A stretch of 64,000 nt of DNA, from contig CALLAL010000034.1 in the NCBI GenBank assembly GCA_938002255.1, forward strand, positions 32,674 to 96,673, written 5' to 3'. Origin of the DNA: an uncultured bacterium (GTDB lineage: Bacteria > Desulfobacterota > BSN033 > UBA1163). The notes below the pieces were generated by a model. That model was not told where the DNA came from, made no database searches, and worked only from the letters and a program-made list of their open reading frames with translations. Positions 10,043 to 20,000 of the stretch are shown piece after piece. The position numbers were made by a program, and so were the translations under genes. Every line of letters starts with the position of its first letter. Position 1 is the first letter of the stretch.

Positions 10043-10533
10043 GTCGATTGTTTTAGGGCTCTCGATTTTTCTTCTAAATCTCTTCTTGTTTTTTCACGGA
10101 ACGCTTCCAATTTTTGAGCAATCTCCGGATATTTAATAGAGAGGATCTCGCAGGCCAGGTAAGCCGCGTTTTTAGCTCCATCGATTCCGACCGTGGCAAC
10201 AGGGATCCCCGGTGGCATCTGAACCGTTGAGTAAAGGGCATCCACACCTTCAAGGGCACCAGACTTTAGGGGGACACCGATGACAGGCAGAGTGGTATGA
10301 GCAGCCAAAACCCCTGCCAAATGGGCTGCCATCCCTGCTCCGGCAATGAGGACTTCCAATCCACGCTCTCTGGCTGTCCTGGCATAAGAAGCAGTCTTCT
10401 CAGGCAGCCGATGGGCAGAACGGATATCCATCTCATAAGGAACCCCCATTTCTCTCAGGATCTCGCCCGCTTTCTCCATTACTGGCAAATCACTGTCACT
10501 TCCCATCAGGATCCCGACCAAAGGCTTTTCCAT
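10039..10533 (-). CDS. purE: N5-CAIR mutase
   Basis: [34 protein letters not shown]; GGAGGAGG RBS before ATG 10533. Confidence 0.95.
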   Translation of the reverse strand: MEKPLVGILMGSDSDLPVMEKAGEILREMGVPYEMDIRSAHRLPEKTASYARTARERGLEVLIAGAGMAAHLAGVLAAHTTLPVIGVPLKSGALEGVDALYSTVQMPPGIPVATVGIDGAKNAAYLACEILSIKYPEIAQKLEAFREKTRRDLEEKSRALKQST

Positions 10534-10610
10534 GATCCTCCTCCCCATCACCAAAGTTTAAGTCTTGAATGACAATTAAGCATCTCTTTGAAACTCCACT
10601 CATTAAATTG

Positions 10611-10724
10611 ATATGACCCACATGGAGCGATGTTTTTCATCCGTCACAAGGGAGGCGCGGAAACCGAAAAGCCTTTCAGAAAGATTCCCTTTGGGTAGGT
10701 TGAATCGCCCCCTTTGGGTCATAT
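10611..10724 (-). ncRNA. Candidate structured leader RNA upstream of purE
   Basis: 10-bp closing stem ATATGACCCA/TGGGTCATAT with nested stems GGGGCGAT/ATCGCTCC, AAGGGA/TCCCTT and AGGC/GCCT; begins right after a predicted promoter. Confidence 0.55.
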
Positions 10725-10726
10725 TT

Positions 10727-10755
10727 ATTCTAAATAATTCCTGTTGAATTCACAA
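10727..10755 (-). promoter_or_regulatory. Sigma70-like promoter for the purE leader
   Basis: TTGTGA-17 bp-TAGAAT on the minus strand. Confidence 0.55.
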
Positions 10756-10813
10756 GTAATGGAAAAACTCTCTTGTCGCCTCATAAGAGGGTTTTTCCAA
10801 CCTCGCCAACCGA

Positions 10814-13534
10814 TCAAACCGGTATGGTTCTTCCGACGATTACCCTTTTTCTCAAGATCCCTTTAGTCATTTCAATGATAACAAAAACAATCAAACCAAA
10901 AGCAACGATGATGGATAAATCGGATAGAGAAGGTTTCATGATACCAAAGGCATCTCTCACCGAAGGAATCTGGATCAACACCCCGATCAAAACGATCTCC
11001 CAGGCGAGAGCGAGGACGAGCCATTTGTGGGGTGGGGCTTTAAAGATGCTATAAATGAGGGAACGGCAGTTCAATGCCACTACGAGTTCGACAATGATGA
11101 AAAGGAAAAATATCTCCGTCCTCGCATAGGTGATGTTATCCAATTTATGGAAGAAGAGGATGTAGAAGAAAGGACACTCAATTAAAACCGCCCGGAGAAT
11201 AAAGGATTTTACATCCCATCCGAAAACGCTTTCCTTTGGATCTCTCGGGGGACGTTTCATAATATCTGGATCCGGAGGGGAAACCCCCAGAGCCAATGCA
11301 GGAAGCCCGTCCGTCGCCAGATTCATGTATAAGATAGCTGCAGGGAGAAGGGGTAAAAATTCTGGCCCCATGATGAGGACAACGCCTCCAATCACCACGA
11401 CTTCAGTGATGTTACATTGAAGGAGGTAAGCTAAATATTTTTTGATATTGTCGTAGATCCAGCGGCCCCGTTCAATCGCCGTGACGATCGTGGCAAAGTT
11501 GTCATCGGTCAGAACCATATCCGAGGCTTCTTTAGTCACTTCTGTGCCGGTGATTCCCATGGCCACTCCGATGTCAGCATGTTTCAGAGCGGGAGCATCA
11601 TTGACGCCATCTCCGGTCATGGCAACTACTTCCCCCCTCGCTTTCCAGGCTTTCACGATCTTTAGTTTATCCATGGGTGAAACCCTGGCATAAACGGTGA
11701 CTTGATCGACGATCTTTTCAAATGCTTCCTCTGGCATCTTCTCAAGTTCTTCGCCGGTTAACACCCGATCCCCTTCTTGATAAAACCCGATCTCTCTGGC
11801 TATAGCCACAGCGGTTAATTTATGGTCCCCTGTGATCATGATCGGCTTAATCCCTACCTGCTTACAGACCTTCGTTGCCTCAATGGCTTCTTCTCGTGGC
11901 GGATCCATCATGCCGGCTAAACCAAGAAAGACCATCTCTCGTTCCAGGTCCTCCTCGGTCAATTGAATTGAATTCGGACACTCACGAAAAGCCACTCCGA
12001 GAACCCTCAAGGCATGTTGTGCCATTGCTTCATTCATTTTTAAAATTTCAGATTTTTCCTCTTGTGTCAGCTCTCTTATACCCCCCTCATCGAAGATATA
12101 AGAACTTTTTTCTAAAACCACCTCAGGGGCTCCCTTCATGAAAGCTAAACGCTTGCCATCAGACATCTGATGGATCGTTGTCATTCTCTTCCTTTCAGAG
12201 CTGAAGGGAATCTCCTCAATCCTCGGATGACTCAGTCTTAGTTCTGTCTGATCCAAACCAGCCTTAACAGCAGCCACTATCAAGGCTCCCTCTGTGGGAT
12301 CCCCCTTAACGATCCATTTCCCTTCTTTCTGTTCCAGAACCGCGTCATTACATAAAAGGCTTCCCATCAGTAAAGTCTGAAGTGGAGGATGATTGGCAAG
12401 GCGAATAGAATGCGATTCTTTTAACTCGCCATCGGGCGCATACCCCGATCCAGTGACCTCAATCATCCTCCCTCCGGAAAAGATCTTTCGAACCGTCATT
12501 TCCCCTTTGGTCAGGGTTCCTGTCTTATCGGAACAGATCACCGTGGTGCATCCCAATGTCTCCACAGCAGGCATCTTTCTGATAAGGGCGTTCTTTTTAG
12601 CCATCTGACGCATCCCGATTGCAAGCGCTCCTGTCACAATAGCTGCCAGGGCTTCTGGGACTGCGGCGACTGCAAGAGCAATAGCAAACATGACAACTCT
12701 CATCACAAAAGGTAAATCGACCCTACCGCCAAAGACCTCTCTTAGGATACTGACGGCAGCGACTAAAAGACAGATGCCAAGGGCAATCATGCCCAGCCAT
12801 TTACCGATTTCCTCGGTTCTCTTTTCCAGAGGGGTCTTCTCCGTTCCGACAGAGATGACCTCTTTCGCGATCTTTCCAAATTCTGTATTCATTCCTGTAG
12901 AGGTGACGACCGCCTTGGCTCGGCCAAAAGTCACGGTTGTCCCCGTAAAGACCATATTCTTACGATCGGCGACCCGTATTTCGGGAGGTAAAGGTTTTAC
13001 ATTCTTGCTCACAGGCATGGATTCTCCGGTCAGAGGTGCCTCATCACACCGAAGGGAATGGGATTCAATGACTCTTGCATCTGCGGGAATTTTATCCCCC
13101 GCTTCAAGAATCAAAATATCCCCCGGGACAATCTCTTTGGATGCAACTTCTTCCTCCTTGCCGCCCCGGAGAACAGTAATCATTGGAGTGAGCATCTTTT
13201 TCAACGCCTCAAGCGCCCTTTCTGCTCGATACTCTTGAACAAATCCGAGAAGAGCACAAAAGACCACGATCACCGCAATGATGGCCGCATCAACCGTCTC
13301 ACCCACGAGTGCGGAGAGAAGAATGGCAATGATGAGAATAAGGATGAGAATATTCTTAAACTGGTTAAAGAAAATCGTGAGGGGGGAGACCTTTTCCTCC
13401 TTTTTTAGTTCATTATACCCGTAGATTTCGAGACGCCTTTTAGCCTCCTCCTCGGGGAGGCCCTGATGGAGATCGGATTCCAGTTCCTTCAAGACGTCTG
13501 AAATCTCTGTGGAATGCCACACTCTTTCGGCCAT
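10814..13534 (-). CDS. Cation-transporting P-type ATPase (P2A, Ca2+-type)
   Basis: LTGES, VPEAL, DKTGTLT, KGAPE, TGDGVNDAPAL; AAGGAGG RBS before ATG 13534. Confidence 0.93.
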   Translation of the reverse strand: MAERVWHSTEISDVLKELESDLHQGLPEEEAKRRLEIYGYNELKKEEKVSPLTIFFNQFKNILILILIIAILLSALVGETVDAAIIAVIVVFCALLGFVQEYRAERALEALKKMLTPMITVLRGGKEEEVASKEIVPGDILILEAGDKIPADARVIESHSLRCDEAPLTGESMPVSKNVKPLPPEIRVADRKNMVFTGTTVTFGRAKAVVTSTGMNTEFGKIAKEVISVGTEKTPLEKRTEEIGKWLGMIALGICLLVAAVSILREVFGGRVDLPFVMRVVMFAIALAVAAVPEALAAIVTGALAIGMRQMAKKNALIRKMPAVETLGCTTVICSDKTGTLTKGEMTVRKIFSGGRMIEVTGSGYAPDGELKESHSIRLANHPPLQTLLMGSLLCNDAVLEQKEGKWIVKGDPTEGALIVAAVKAGLDQTELRLSHPRIEEIPFSSERKRMTTIHQMSDGKRLAFMKGAPEVVLEKSSYIFDEGGIRELTQEEKSEILKMNEAMAQHALRVLGVAFRECPNSIQLTEEDLEREMVFLGLAGMMDPPREEAIEATKVCKQVGIKPIMITGDHKLTAVAIAREIGFYQEGDRVLTGEELEKMPEEAFEKIVDQVTVYARVSPMDKLKIVKAWKARGEVVAMTGDGVNDAPALKHADIGVAMGITGTEVTKEASDMVLTDDNFATIVTAIERGRWIYDNIKKYLAYLLQCNITEVVVIGGVVLIMGPEFLPLLPAAILYMNLATDGLPALALGVSPPDPDIMKRPPRDPKESVFGWDVKSFILRAVLIECPFFYILFFHKLDNITYARTEIFFLFIIVELVVALNCRSLIYSIFKAPPHKWLVLALAWEIVLIGVLIQIPSVRDAFGIMKPSLSDLSIIVAFGLIVFVIIEMTKGILRKRVIVGRTIPV

Positions 13535-13617
13535 AGAAGTTACCCTCCTTGGGGGATAAAGTAATGGAATATTAGTATAAACGACAAAAAAAAAGCAAGA
13601 ACATATTATTAGGAAAG

Positions 13618-13839
13618 GTAATCCCTCACAGAGGATCAAAAAAAAGGGTGGGGAGGGTTCTTCGGAAAACCTTTGAAGCGACACCTTTGTCCTTTAAATG
13701 TCCACTGCTTGGTTTTCAAACTCCCGATTCAAAGGGCATGGAGACCCAAGGAGATTGCCTCCTTGCTCGCTTTTCAAGGGTTTGGAGAGGGACCTTTCCC
13801 ACCCTTTTAAACCATCCTACCCCATCACTGAGGGATTAT
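13618..13839 (+). mobile_element. Structured repeat element copy 1 (MITE-like or ncRNA)
   Basis: Ends GTAATCCCTCA...TGAGGGATTAT; flanks TAGGAAAG/TGGGAAAG; long internal hairpin; homologous to 54396-54625. Confidence 0.7.
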
Positions 13840-13958
13840 TGGGAAAGACCGATATGTTCCAGTAATAATAATTTTCTTTACAAATCATGGAAGAGATGTG
13901 ATAAGATATCATCCGATGAGAAAGGAATCCATTGCAACATAGAAGGAAAGGAGGAATT

Positions 13959-14297
13959 ATGGATTATTTACCCTTACCTTATGAGCGGTTTAAGAAGGAG
14001 TTTCCGGAAATCGAAAAAGCCTATGAGAAACTTGCGAATCTCTGCCATGCCACAGGCCCTCTTGATGAGAAAACCCGCCGTTTAATCAAGTTAGCGATTG
14101 CCATTGGTTCAGGCTCACAGGGAGCAATCAAATCCCACACTCGAAGGGCAATTGCCATGGGAATCACAACCGAGGAGATTCAACACGTTGCACTTCTTAG
14201 CCTAACGACGATTGGATTTCCGAACATGATTGCGGCCTTTTCCTATATCAACGAGGCTTTTGAAGAAGGACCAACCAAGCATTTTAGCGGCGATTGA
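13959..14297 (+). CDS. Carboxymuconolactone decarboxylase (CMD/AhpD-like) family protein
   Basis: GPLDEKTRRLIKLAIA, SHTRRA, TTIGFP; AGGAGG RBS before ATG 13959. Confidence 0.87.
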   Translation: MDYLPLPYERFKKEFPEIEKAYEKLANLCHATGPLDEKTRRLIKLAIAIGSGSQGAIKSHTRRAIAMGITTEEIQHVALLSLTTIGFPNMIAAFSYINEAFEEGPTKHFSGD

Positions 14298-15437
14298 TTA
14301 GATAATTCCCATCCCTTTGAGCACAGAGAGCATCACTGCGGCAGCCATCACAGACCCCACCTGCCCTCCTGTGTTGGCTCCCATGGCATGCATGAGGAGA
14401 AAATTCTTAGGATTATATTTTTGACCTTCCCGTTGAGCAACACGGGCGGCCATGGGGTAGGCAGAAATCCCAGCGGCTCCAATCAGAGGGTTCACTTTTC
14501 CTCCGGTCAGAACTTTGAGAAGCTTCCCAAACAGAACCCCGCAGACTGTATCAAGACAGATAGCAATAAAGCCTAAACAGAGGACCATCAGGGTTTGAGG
14601 GGTTAAGAAGTTTTTTCCATCCATCGTGGCTCCGATGGAAATCCCTAAAAGGAGCGTAACGATGTTGGCAATCTCATTCTCCGACGCCTTGGTCAATCGA
14701 CTGACCACTCCACTTTCACGCATCAAATTGCCGAGCATGATCGTTCCAAAAAGGGGTAACCCTTGGGGAGCAATGAGGCCACCGATCACCGTCACGACTA
14801 AGGGAAAGAGAATTTTTGTTCTTTGAGAGACCGTTCGCTTGACAGTTCCCATGCTTATTTTTCTTTCCTCTGGAGTGGTCAGAATCTTCATAATGGGAGG
14901 CTGAATGATGGGAACCAAAGACATATAGGAATAGGCGGCCACCGAAACCGCACTAAGCAGATGGGGCGCGTATTTGGAAGTGACATAGATCGCTGTGGGC
15001 CCATCGCAGGCACCGATGACTCCAACCGCTACGGCATCCAGTTTTGAAAAGCCCAGGGCTAATGCCAGAGCCAATGTTAAAAAAATTCCGAATTGCCCTG
15101 CTGCTCCCAGTAAAAATATCCTTGGATTTTCCAGGAGGGGGCCAAAATCGGTCATCGCACCAATGCCGATGAAGATAAAGAGGGGAAAGAGTTCTGTAGC
15201 AATGCCGGCTTCATAAATGGTTCGGAGAAATCCCTCCTCTTCCATCAACCCTGCCAAGGGGATATTGACGAGGATGCAGCCGAATCCAATGGGAAGCAGG
15301 AGCAGAGGTTCAATGTCTTTTTTAATGGCGAGAAAGAGGAGAAGACCCCCCACTCCAATCATGATGGGATTGGACCAGTGGAGATGAGAAAACCCAGCAA
15401 TCAATCCATAGAGTCCGTTGACAATCGCATCCAACAT
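14298..15437 (-). CDS. Na+-translocating decarboxylase beta subunit (paralog 2)
   Basis: [43 protein letters not shown]. Confidence 0.92.
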   Translation of the reverse strand: MLDAIVNGLYGLIAGFSHLHWSNPIMIGVGGLLLFLAIKKDIEPLLLLPIGFGCILVNIPLAGLMEEEGFLRTIYEAGIATELFPLFIFIGIGAMTDFGPLLENPRIFLLGAAGQFGIFLTLALALALGFSKLDAVAVGVIGACDGPTAIYVTSKYAPHLLSAVSVAAYSYMSLVPIIQPPIMKILTTPEERKISMGTVKRTVSQRTKILFPLVVTVIGGLIAPQGLPLFGTIMLGNLMRESGVVSRLTKASENEIANIVTLLLGISIGATMDGKNFLTPQTLMVLCLGFIAICLDTVCGVLFGKLLKVLTGGKVNPLIGAAGISAYPMAARVAQREGQKYNPKNFLLMHAMGANTGGQVGSVMAAAVMLSVLKGMGII

Positions 15438-15456
15438 ACCCCCCCTCCTCCTCTTT

Positions 15457-15600
15457 TTAGGATGATTTCTTTTCTTCCTCTTTTTTATAGGGAAAGGCTT
15501 TCTTGAGTACTCCCATTAATAAACTGAGGAACCACATGGTGAGAAGGGTCCCTCCCATCCCCACAACCAGCATCGTGATCCCAAAGGTCCAGTTATCCAT
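15457..15600 (-). CDS. Decarboxylase gamma/delta subunit (OadG-like, 47 aa; not in the ORF track)
   Basis: Hand translation MDNWTFGITMLVVGMGGTLLTMWFLSLLMGVLKKAFPYKKEEEKKSS; one TM helix; AAGGAG RBS; directly upstream of a beta gene. Confidence 0.78.
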   Translation of the reverse strand: MDNWTFGITMLVVGMGGTLLTMWFLSLLMGVLKKAFPYKKEEEKKSS

Positions 15601-15624
15601 AGGGAGCTCCTTTTTGCGCAAATA

Positions 15625-16743
15625 TTATTTCATCATCGCAAGAAACATTCCGGCAGCCGTGGCTGTACCAATGACGCCAGCGATATTGGGACCCATGGCA
15701 TGCATCAAAAGAAAATTTTTGGGGTCTTCCTGTTGGCCTATCTTTTGCGCTACCCTCGCAGCCATGGGAACAGCAGAAACGCCGGCAGAACCAATAAGGG
15801 GATTTATCTTCTCTTTAAGAAAGAGATTCATCAACTTCGCAAGTAGGATGCCCCCCACCGTGCTGAAGGCAAAAGCCACCAGTCCTAAAAAGAAGATGAA
15901 AATGGGTGCAGGCTTTAAAAACTTGTCAGCCACCATGGTTGACCCAACGGCCAATCCAAGGAAGATCGTAACAATATTGAGCAGCTCATTCTGAGAGGTC
16001 TTAAGCAACCGTTCAACCACACGACATTCTCGAAAGAGATTTCCCACAAAAAACATCGCCATCAGAGGAGCCGATTCAGGAACAATGAGAACGATCACAA
16101 TGGTTCCTATAAAAGGAAAAAAGATTCGTTCCAATTTGGAAACGGGTCTCAACTGTTTCATTCTGATCTTTCTTTCTTCTTTTGTGGTGAGCAACTTCAT
16201 AATGGGAGGTTGAATCAAGGGGACCATGGCCATGTAGGAGTATGCGGCAATGGCATTGGCTCCTAACAGATGAGGAGCCAATTTGGTTGTCAGATAGATA
16301 CAGGTAGGTCCATCGGCTCCACCAATAATGCCGATGGAGGCGGCTTCTTTAATATTAAATCCCAAAAGAATGGCTCCGAAGAAAGTCACATAAACGCCAA
16401 ATTGAGCAGCTGCCCCCAAGAGCAATGTTTTAGGGTTGGCGATCAATGGGCCAAAATCGGTCAATGCACCAATTCCCAAGAAGATGAGAGGAGGAATGAC
16501 CTCCCATTCGAGGCCATAATGGTAAAAGAGATAGATCAGGTTTCCTTCTCCCACCAGGGGAGCCAGGGGTAAATTGACAACGAATATACTAAACCCAATC
16601 GGAACAAGAAGTAACGGTTCAAATTCTTTGGCAATGGCTAAGTAAATAAAGAAAGCACCGATCAGCCACATGATGACATGACCCAGGGTAAGGTGAAAAA
16701 AACCAGTTTTTAAAAGGATTGAACCGATGGAAAAGTCAGCCAT
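15625..16743 (-). CDS. Na+-translocating decarboxylase beta subunit (paralog 1)
   Basis: [43 protein letters not shown]. Confidence 0.92.
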   Translation of the reverse strand: MADFSIGSILLKTGFFHLTLGHVIMWLIGAFFIYLAIAKEFEPLLLVPIGFSIFVVNLPLAPLVGEGNLIYLFYHYGLEWEVIPPLIFLGIGALTDFGPLIANPKTLLLGAAAQFGVYVTFFGAILLGFNIKEAASIGIIGGADGPTCIYLTTKLAPHLLGANAIAAYSYMAMVPLIQPPIMKLLTTKEERKIRMKQLRPVSKLERIFFPFIGTIVIVLIVPESAPLMAMFFVGNLFRECRVVERLLKTSQNELLNIVTIFLGLAVGSTMVADKFLKPAPIFIFFLGLVAFAFSTVGGILLAKLMNLFLKEKINPLIGSAGVSAVPMAARVAQKIGQQEDPKNFLLMHAMGPNIAGVIGTATAAGMFLAMMK

Positions 16744-16757
16744 AGGAAAACCTCGAA

Positions 16758-16895
16758 CTAATTTTTTCGGGATGTAAACAATCGAATGAGAAGTGTGGAA
16801 ATCTTAATCCCCCACATTAACAGGATTAAACCAGTAAAAACTCCACCGAAACCGAACAGAAAAACTCGAAATGCTTCTTTTATTTGCTCACTCAT
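16758..16895 (-). CDS. Decarboxylase gamma/delta subunit (OadG-like, 45 aa; not in the ORF track)
   Basis: Hand translation [45 protein letters not shown]; GFGGVF TM motif; GAGAGG upstream. Confidence 0.75.
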   Translation of the reverse strand: MSEQIKEAFRVFLFGFGGVFTGLILLMWGIKISTLLIRLFTSRKN

Positions 16896-17040
16896 TGAAG
16901 ATAATCCTCTCTCCTACGAAATCAGATCCTGGCCAATTAAATACCTCTATCATTTAGCATCTAAATTCCAAAAAATCAACTCTAAAGTTATTTTTTTAAC
17001 AAGGGCTTCTAATAAATTATCCCCTTTAAAATCAAATAGG

Positions 17041-20000
17041 TTAGGCCCTTTTGTTTCGTCTATTCTGAAATTCCTTGGCTTGATGCATGAAGGCTTCAAG
17101 GCGGGTTAGAGTATTGGTCTGTTCTTGCCCATCATAGGCCATATTAAGGATAGGAATGTTATTGTTCTCCTCTCGATAGCGTTTTAGAAGAGCACTTACG
17201 ATCGTTCCTGGCATGCAGGTAAAAGGCATGATATTGACAATCCCGCTTGCACCTCGTTTTGCAAAATCAATCGATTTCCCGATGGAGAGGATTGCTTCTC
17301 CTTCAAAAGAGGAATCGAGATAGGGTTTTGCCTTTTTAAAGATCGATCGGGTTTTAGGTTCGCCAAAGTTTCTAAGATGGCTTTTAAAAAGCCTTTCGAG
17401 GTGGTGTTCATCTCTCTTTTGATAATAATCTGTTAGAAGGACCTTCAAGAGATTTGAAAAGGACTTTTTTCTGAGGCTTCTTCTTTTGGAGATGGTGTTG
17501 ACATAGAGTATCCATTCGGTCATCGGGGCGAGCCATGCCTCTCCCCCAAATTGTTCAATCTTTCGGATTACGTCCTCGTTGCTAAACCGATTGAGACGGA
17601 CATAAATCTCTCCGACAATCCCGATGAGAGGCTTGGTTCCAGGTTCTTCCATCTCCACCCTTCCAAATTCTTCTAAACTTTGAATCAGGGCCTCTTTCGG
17701 AGAAACTCCCCTACGAATGGCATCACAAACCCTCTTTAAAGACGCTTCATAGATCCGATCAGATTGTCCTTTCTCTTTCTCATAGGGTCGAGTCTCCAGA
17801 AGCTTTTTAATCAGGAGATCAACGGCCACGATTCCCTGCCATCCCAATCGTGAAAATTGAGAACCCATAATGCCTAAATCATTGTAGAGTGTCTCGTCCT
17901 GATTCGGAGCGTAGATGGGAATATGTCGAAAGCCTAAGTCATCAAGCACCAGACGATGGAAACGATGATATTGTCCAAAACGGCAAGGCCCATTTCCGGA
18001 AGGCATGAAAAAGGCTGCCCGCTCATGGTCGAAATTAGGGTCTTTGACCAGTTTAACCATATCGCCGGTGGTCAAGATGCAGGGATAACATTCCTTCCCT
18101 GAAGTTAGTTTTCTTCCCCAGTAAAGCGTCTCCTCATTCGATTCGGGAATGACCTCTGCTTCAACGCCACAGGCTTCAAAAGCGGCTTTCAAGGCAAAGG
18201 CGCCATCATACATATAAGGAATATAGATCTTTTTAGTCCGATCCGTCTTCGGCTTTTCCTTTCTGGAAGGAGCGAATAGGGTTGCTTTCACCTGTTTCAA
18301 GCTATCGAGAAAAGCCTCACAACGGGTAATGGCTCCTGCATCGGCACTGTGTTCATCAATCTCCAATTGCAGATGGGGCTTTCCCTTAGAAAGGTCTCTG
18401 TAAAAATGGCTGATGAACGAATCCGGACCGCATCCAAAATTGGTGATATAGATGGCATAAAGCCTTGGATCCTCATTGATAATCTTTCCTGCCGATAGAA
18501 TCTTCTGACCATATCGCCAGTACATCTCCCGAATCTCTTCGGTCGGTCGAACAGAATCCAGAGGAAGAAAATCCATTGGAATGGCAAGAACCCCCAACTC
18601 CCTTAACTTTTTAGGTAATTCCAGGTTGACTCCCGGATCGCAGGAGTTGTAAGGCCTTCCCACAATGACGATTGCCTTCTCATCAGGCTTGATCTGGTCC
18701 AGAACCTCTTTTCCTCGATTAAGGAGCGATTGGTAAAAGAGAGCCTGAAATCTCTCTGCCTTCGCCAGAGCTTTCTTGACTTGCTTGGCGTTTCGATGAA
18801 GGGATTTCCCAAATTCAGTCAGTTCTTTTTCCAGATGGTCTTTCCCAAACCGGAAATGAAGGATAGGTTGAAGGACTTCCACAGAATCCTTCTTAAAATC
18901 GATAGATGAAGGGACCGCGTAAGGAAAGGCCTGAGCATAAGGACAAGCAACACTGATCGGAATCTCAGGATGGGGTGATTTGAGGTTGACGATGCTGGGC
19001 AAGAAGATCCTCTTGACTCCTTTCTCCATAAGGTTGAGCACATGGCCATGGCTCACCTTGATGGGAAAACAGGTTTCGGCCACCACATTCTCTACCCCTT
19101 TACGGATTAACTCCTTATTCGTTGGATCAGAGAGAACGACACGATAACCTAATTCAGCAAAAAAAGCTTTCCAGAAGGGCATCATCTCATGGAGATAGAG
19201 GATTCTTGGAATCCCGATCTCCGGCGCATCCTCAGGAAGAGCTTTTTCTTTTTCATACGTGGAAAAAAGCATCTTCTCTCTTTCTTCAAAGAGATCGGGA
19301 AGATCTGATCCTTTGGTTCTTTTAATCACGTCATACTTTTCACAGCGACTTCCGTAAAAGAGAGGTCTCTCACCCTCCACACTTACCTTCCGGATAAGAC
19401 AAAGATTAGAACAACCTTTACATTCAAAAGAGGTCTGTTCGTATTGGCGCTGGCTGAGATCGAATCCTTTGAACCCCGAACGCTCCCAAGTCCGCTCTTC
19501 CATGGCCAGGATGGCCACACCAATGGCTCCTGTGACATCATGATTTTCAGGGACGATGATCTCCTTCTTGAGGACACTTTCAAAGGCTGCCACTACTCCC
19601 TTATTAAAGGCCGTCCCTCCCTGGAAGAAGATCCGTTCACCTATTCGGCGGTCGCCTACCACCCTGTTGAGATAGTTCTGGACAATTGAATAGCTGAGTC
19701 CGGCAACGAGGTTATCTTTTGCCGCTCCTCTCTGTTGATGGTGGACAAGGTCCGATTCGATGAAGACGGTGCATCGTTCTCCCATCCTTACGGGTTCTTC
19801 GGCAGAAAGGGCAAGTTTTCCAAACTCTTCTTTAATCGAGATGTCTAGTTTCTCGGCCTGTTCCTCCAGAAAAGAACCCGTTCCTGCCGCACACACTTTG
19901 TTCATTTCAAAATCAACGACCACGCCCTTCTCAAGGCTGATATATTTCGAATCCTGCCCCCCAATCTCAAAGATCGTATCGACATTGGGATCGATGTGAA

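Noticed and set aside
13618-13839. 6S or SRP RNA identity for the repeated element
   Set aside because: The rod shape and UUCAAGG are superficially 6S-like, but the 5' bubble is short, there is no zapA/ygfA context, there are two copies with TIR/TSD-like ends, and there is no SRP GGAA motif. Not fully excluded without cmscan.
13535-13850. yybP-ykoY (Mn2+) riboswitch upstream of the P-type ATPase
   Set aside because: The GGGGAGUAGC consensus is absent, and G-U pairing favours the strand opposite to the ATPase.
13535-14085. Track N-terminal extension of the ATPase, and ORF 13648-14085
   Set aside because: Both read through the repeat element. Good RBS-ATG starts exist at 13534 (-) and 13959 (+).
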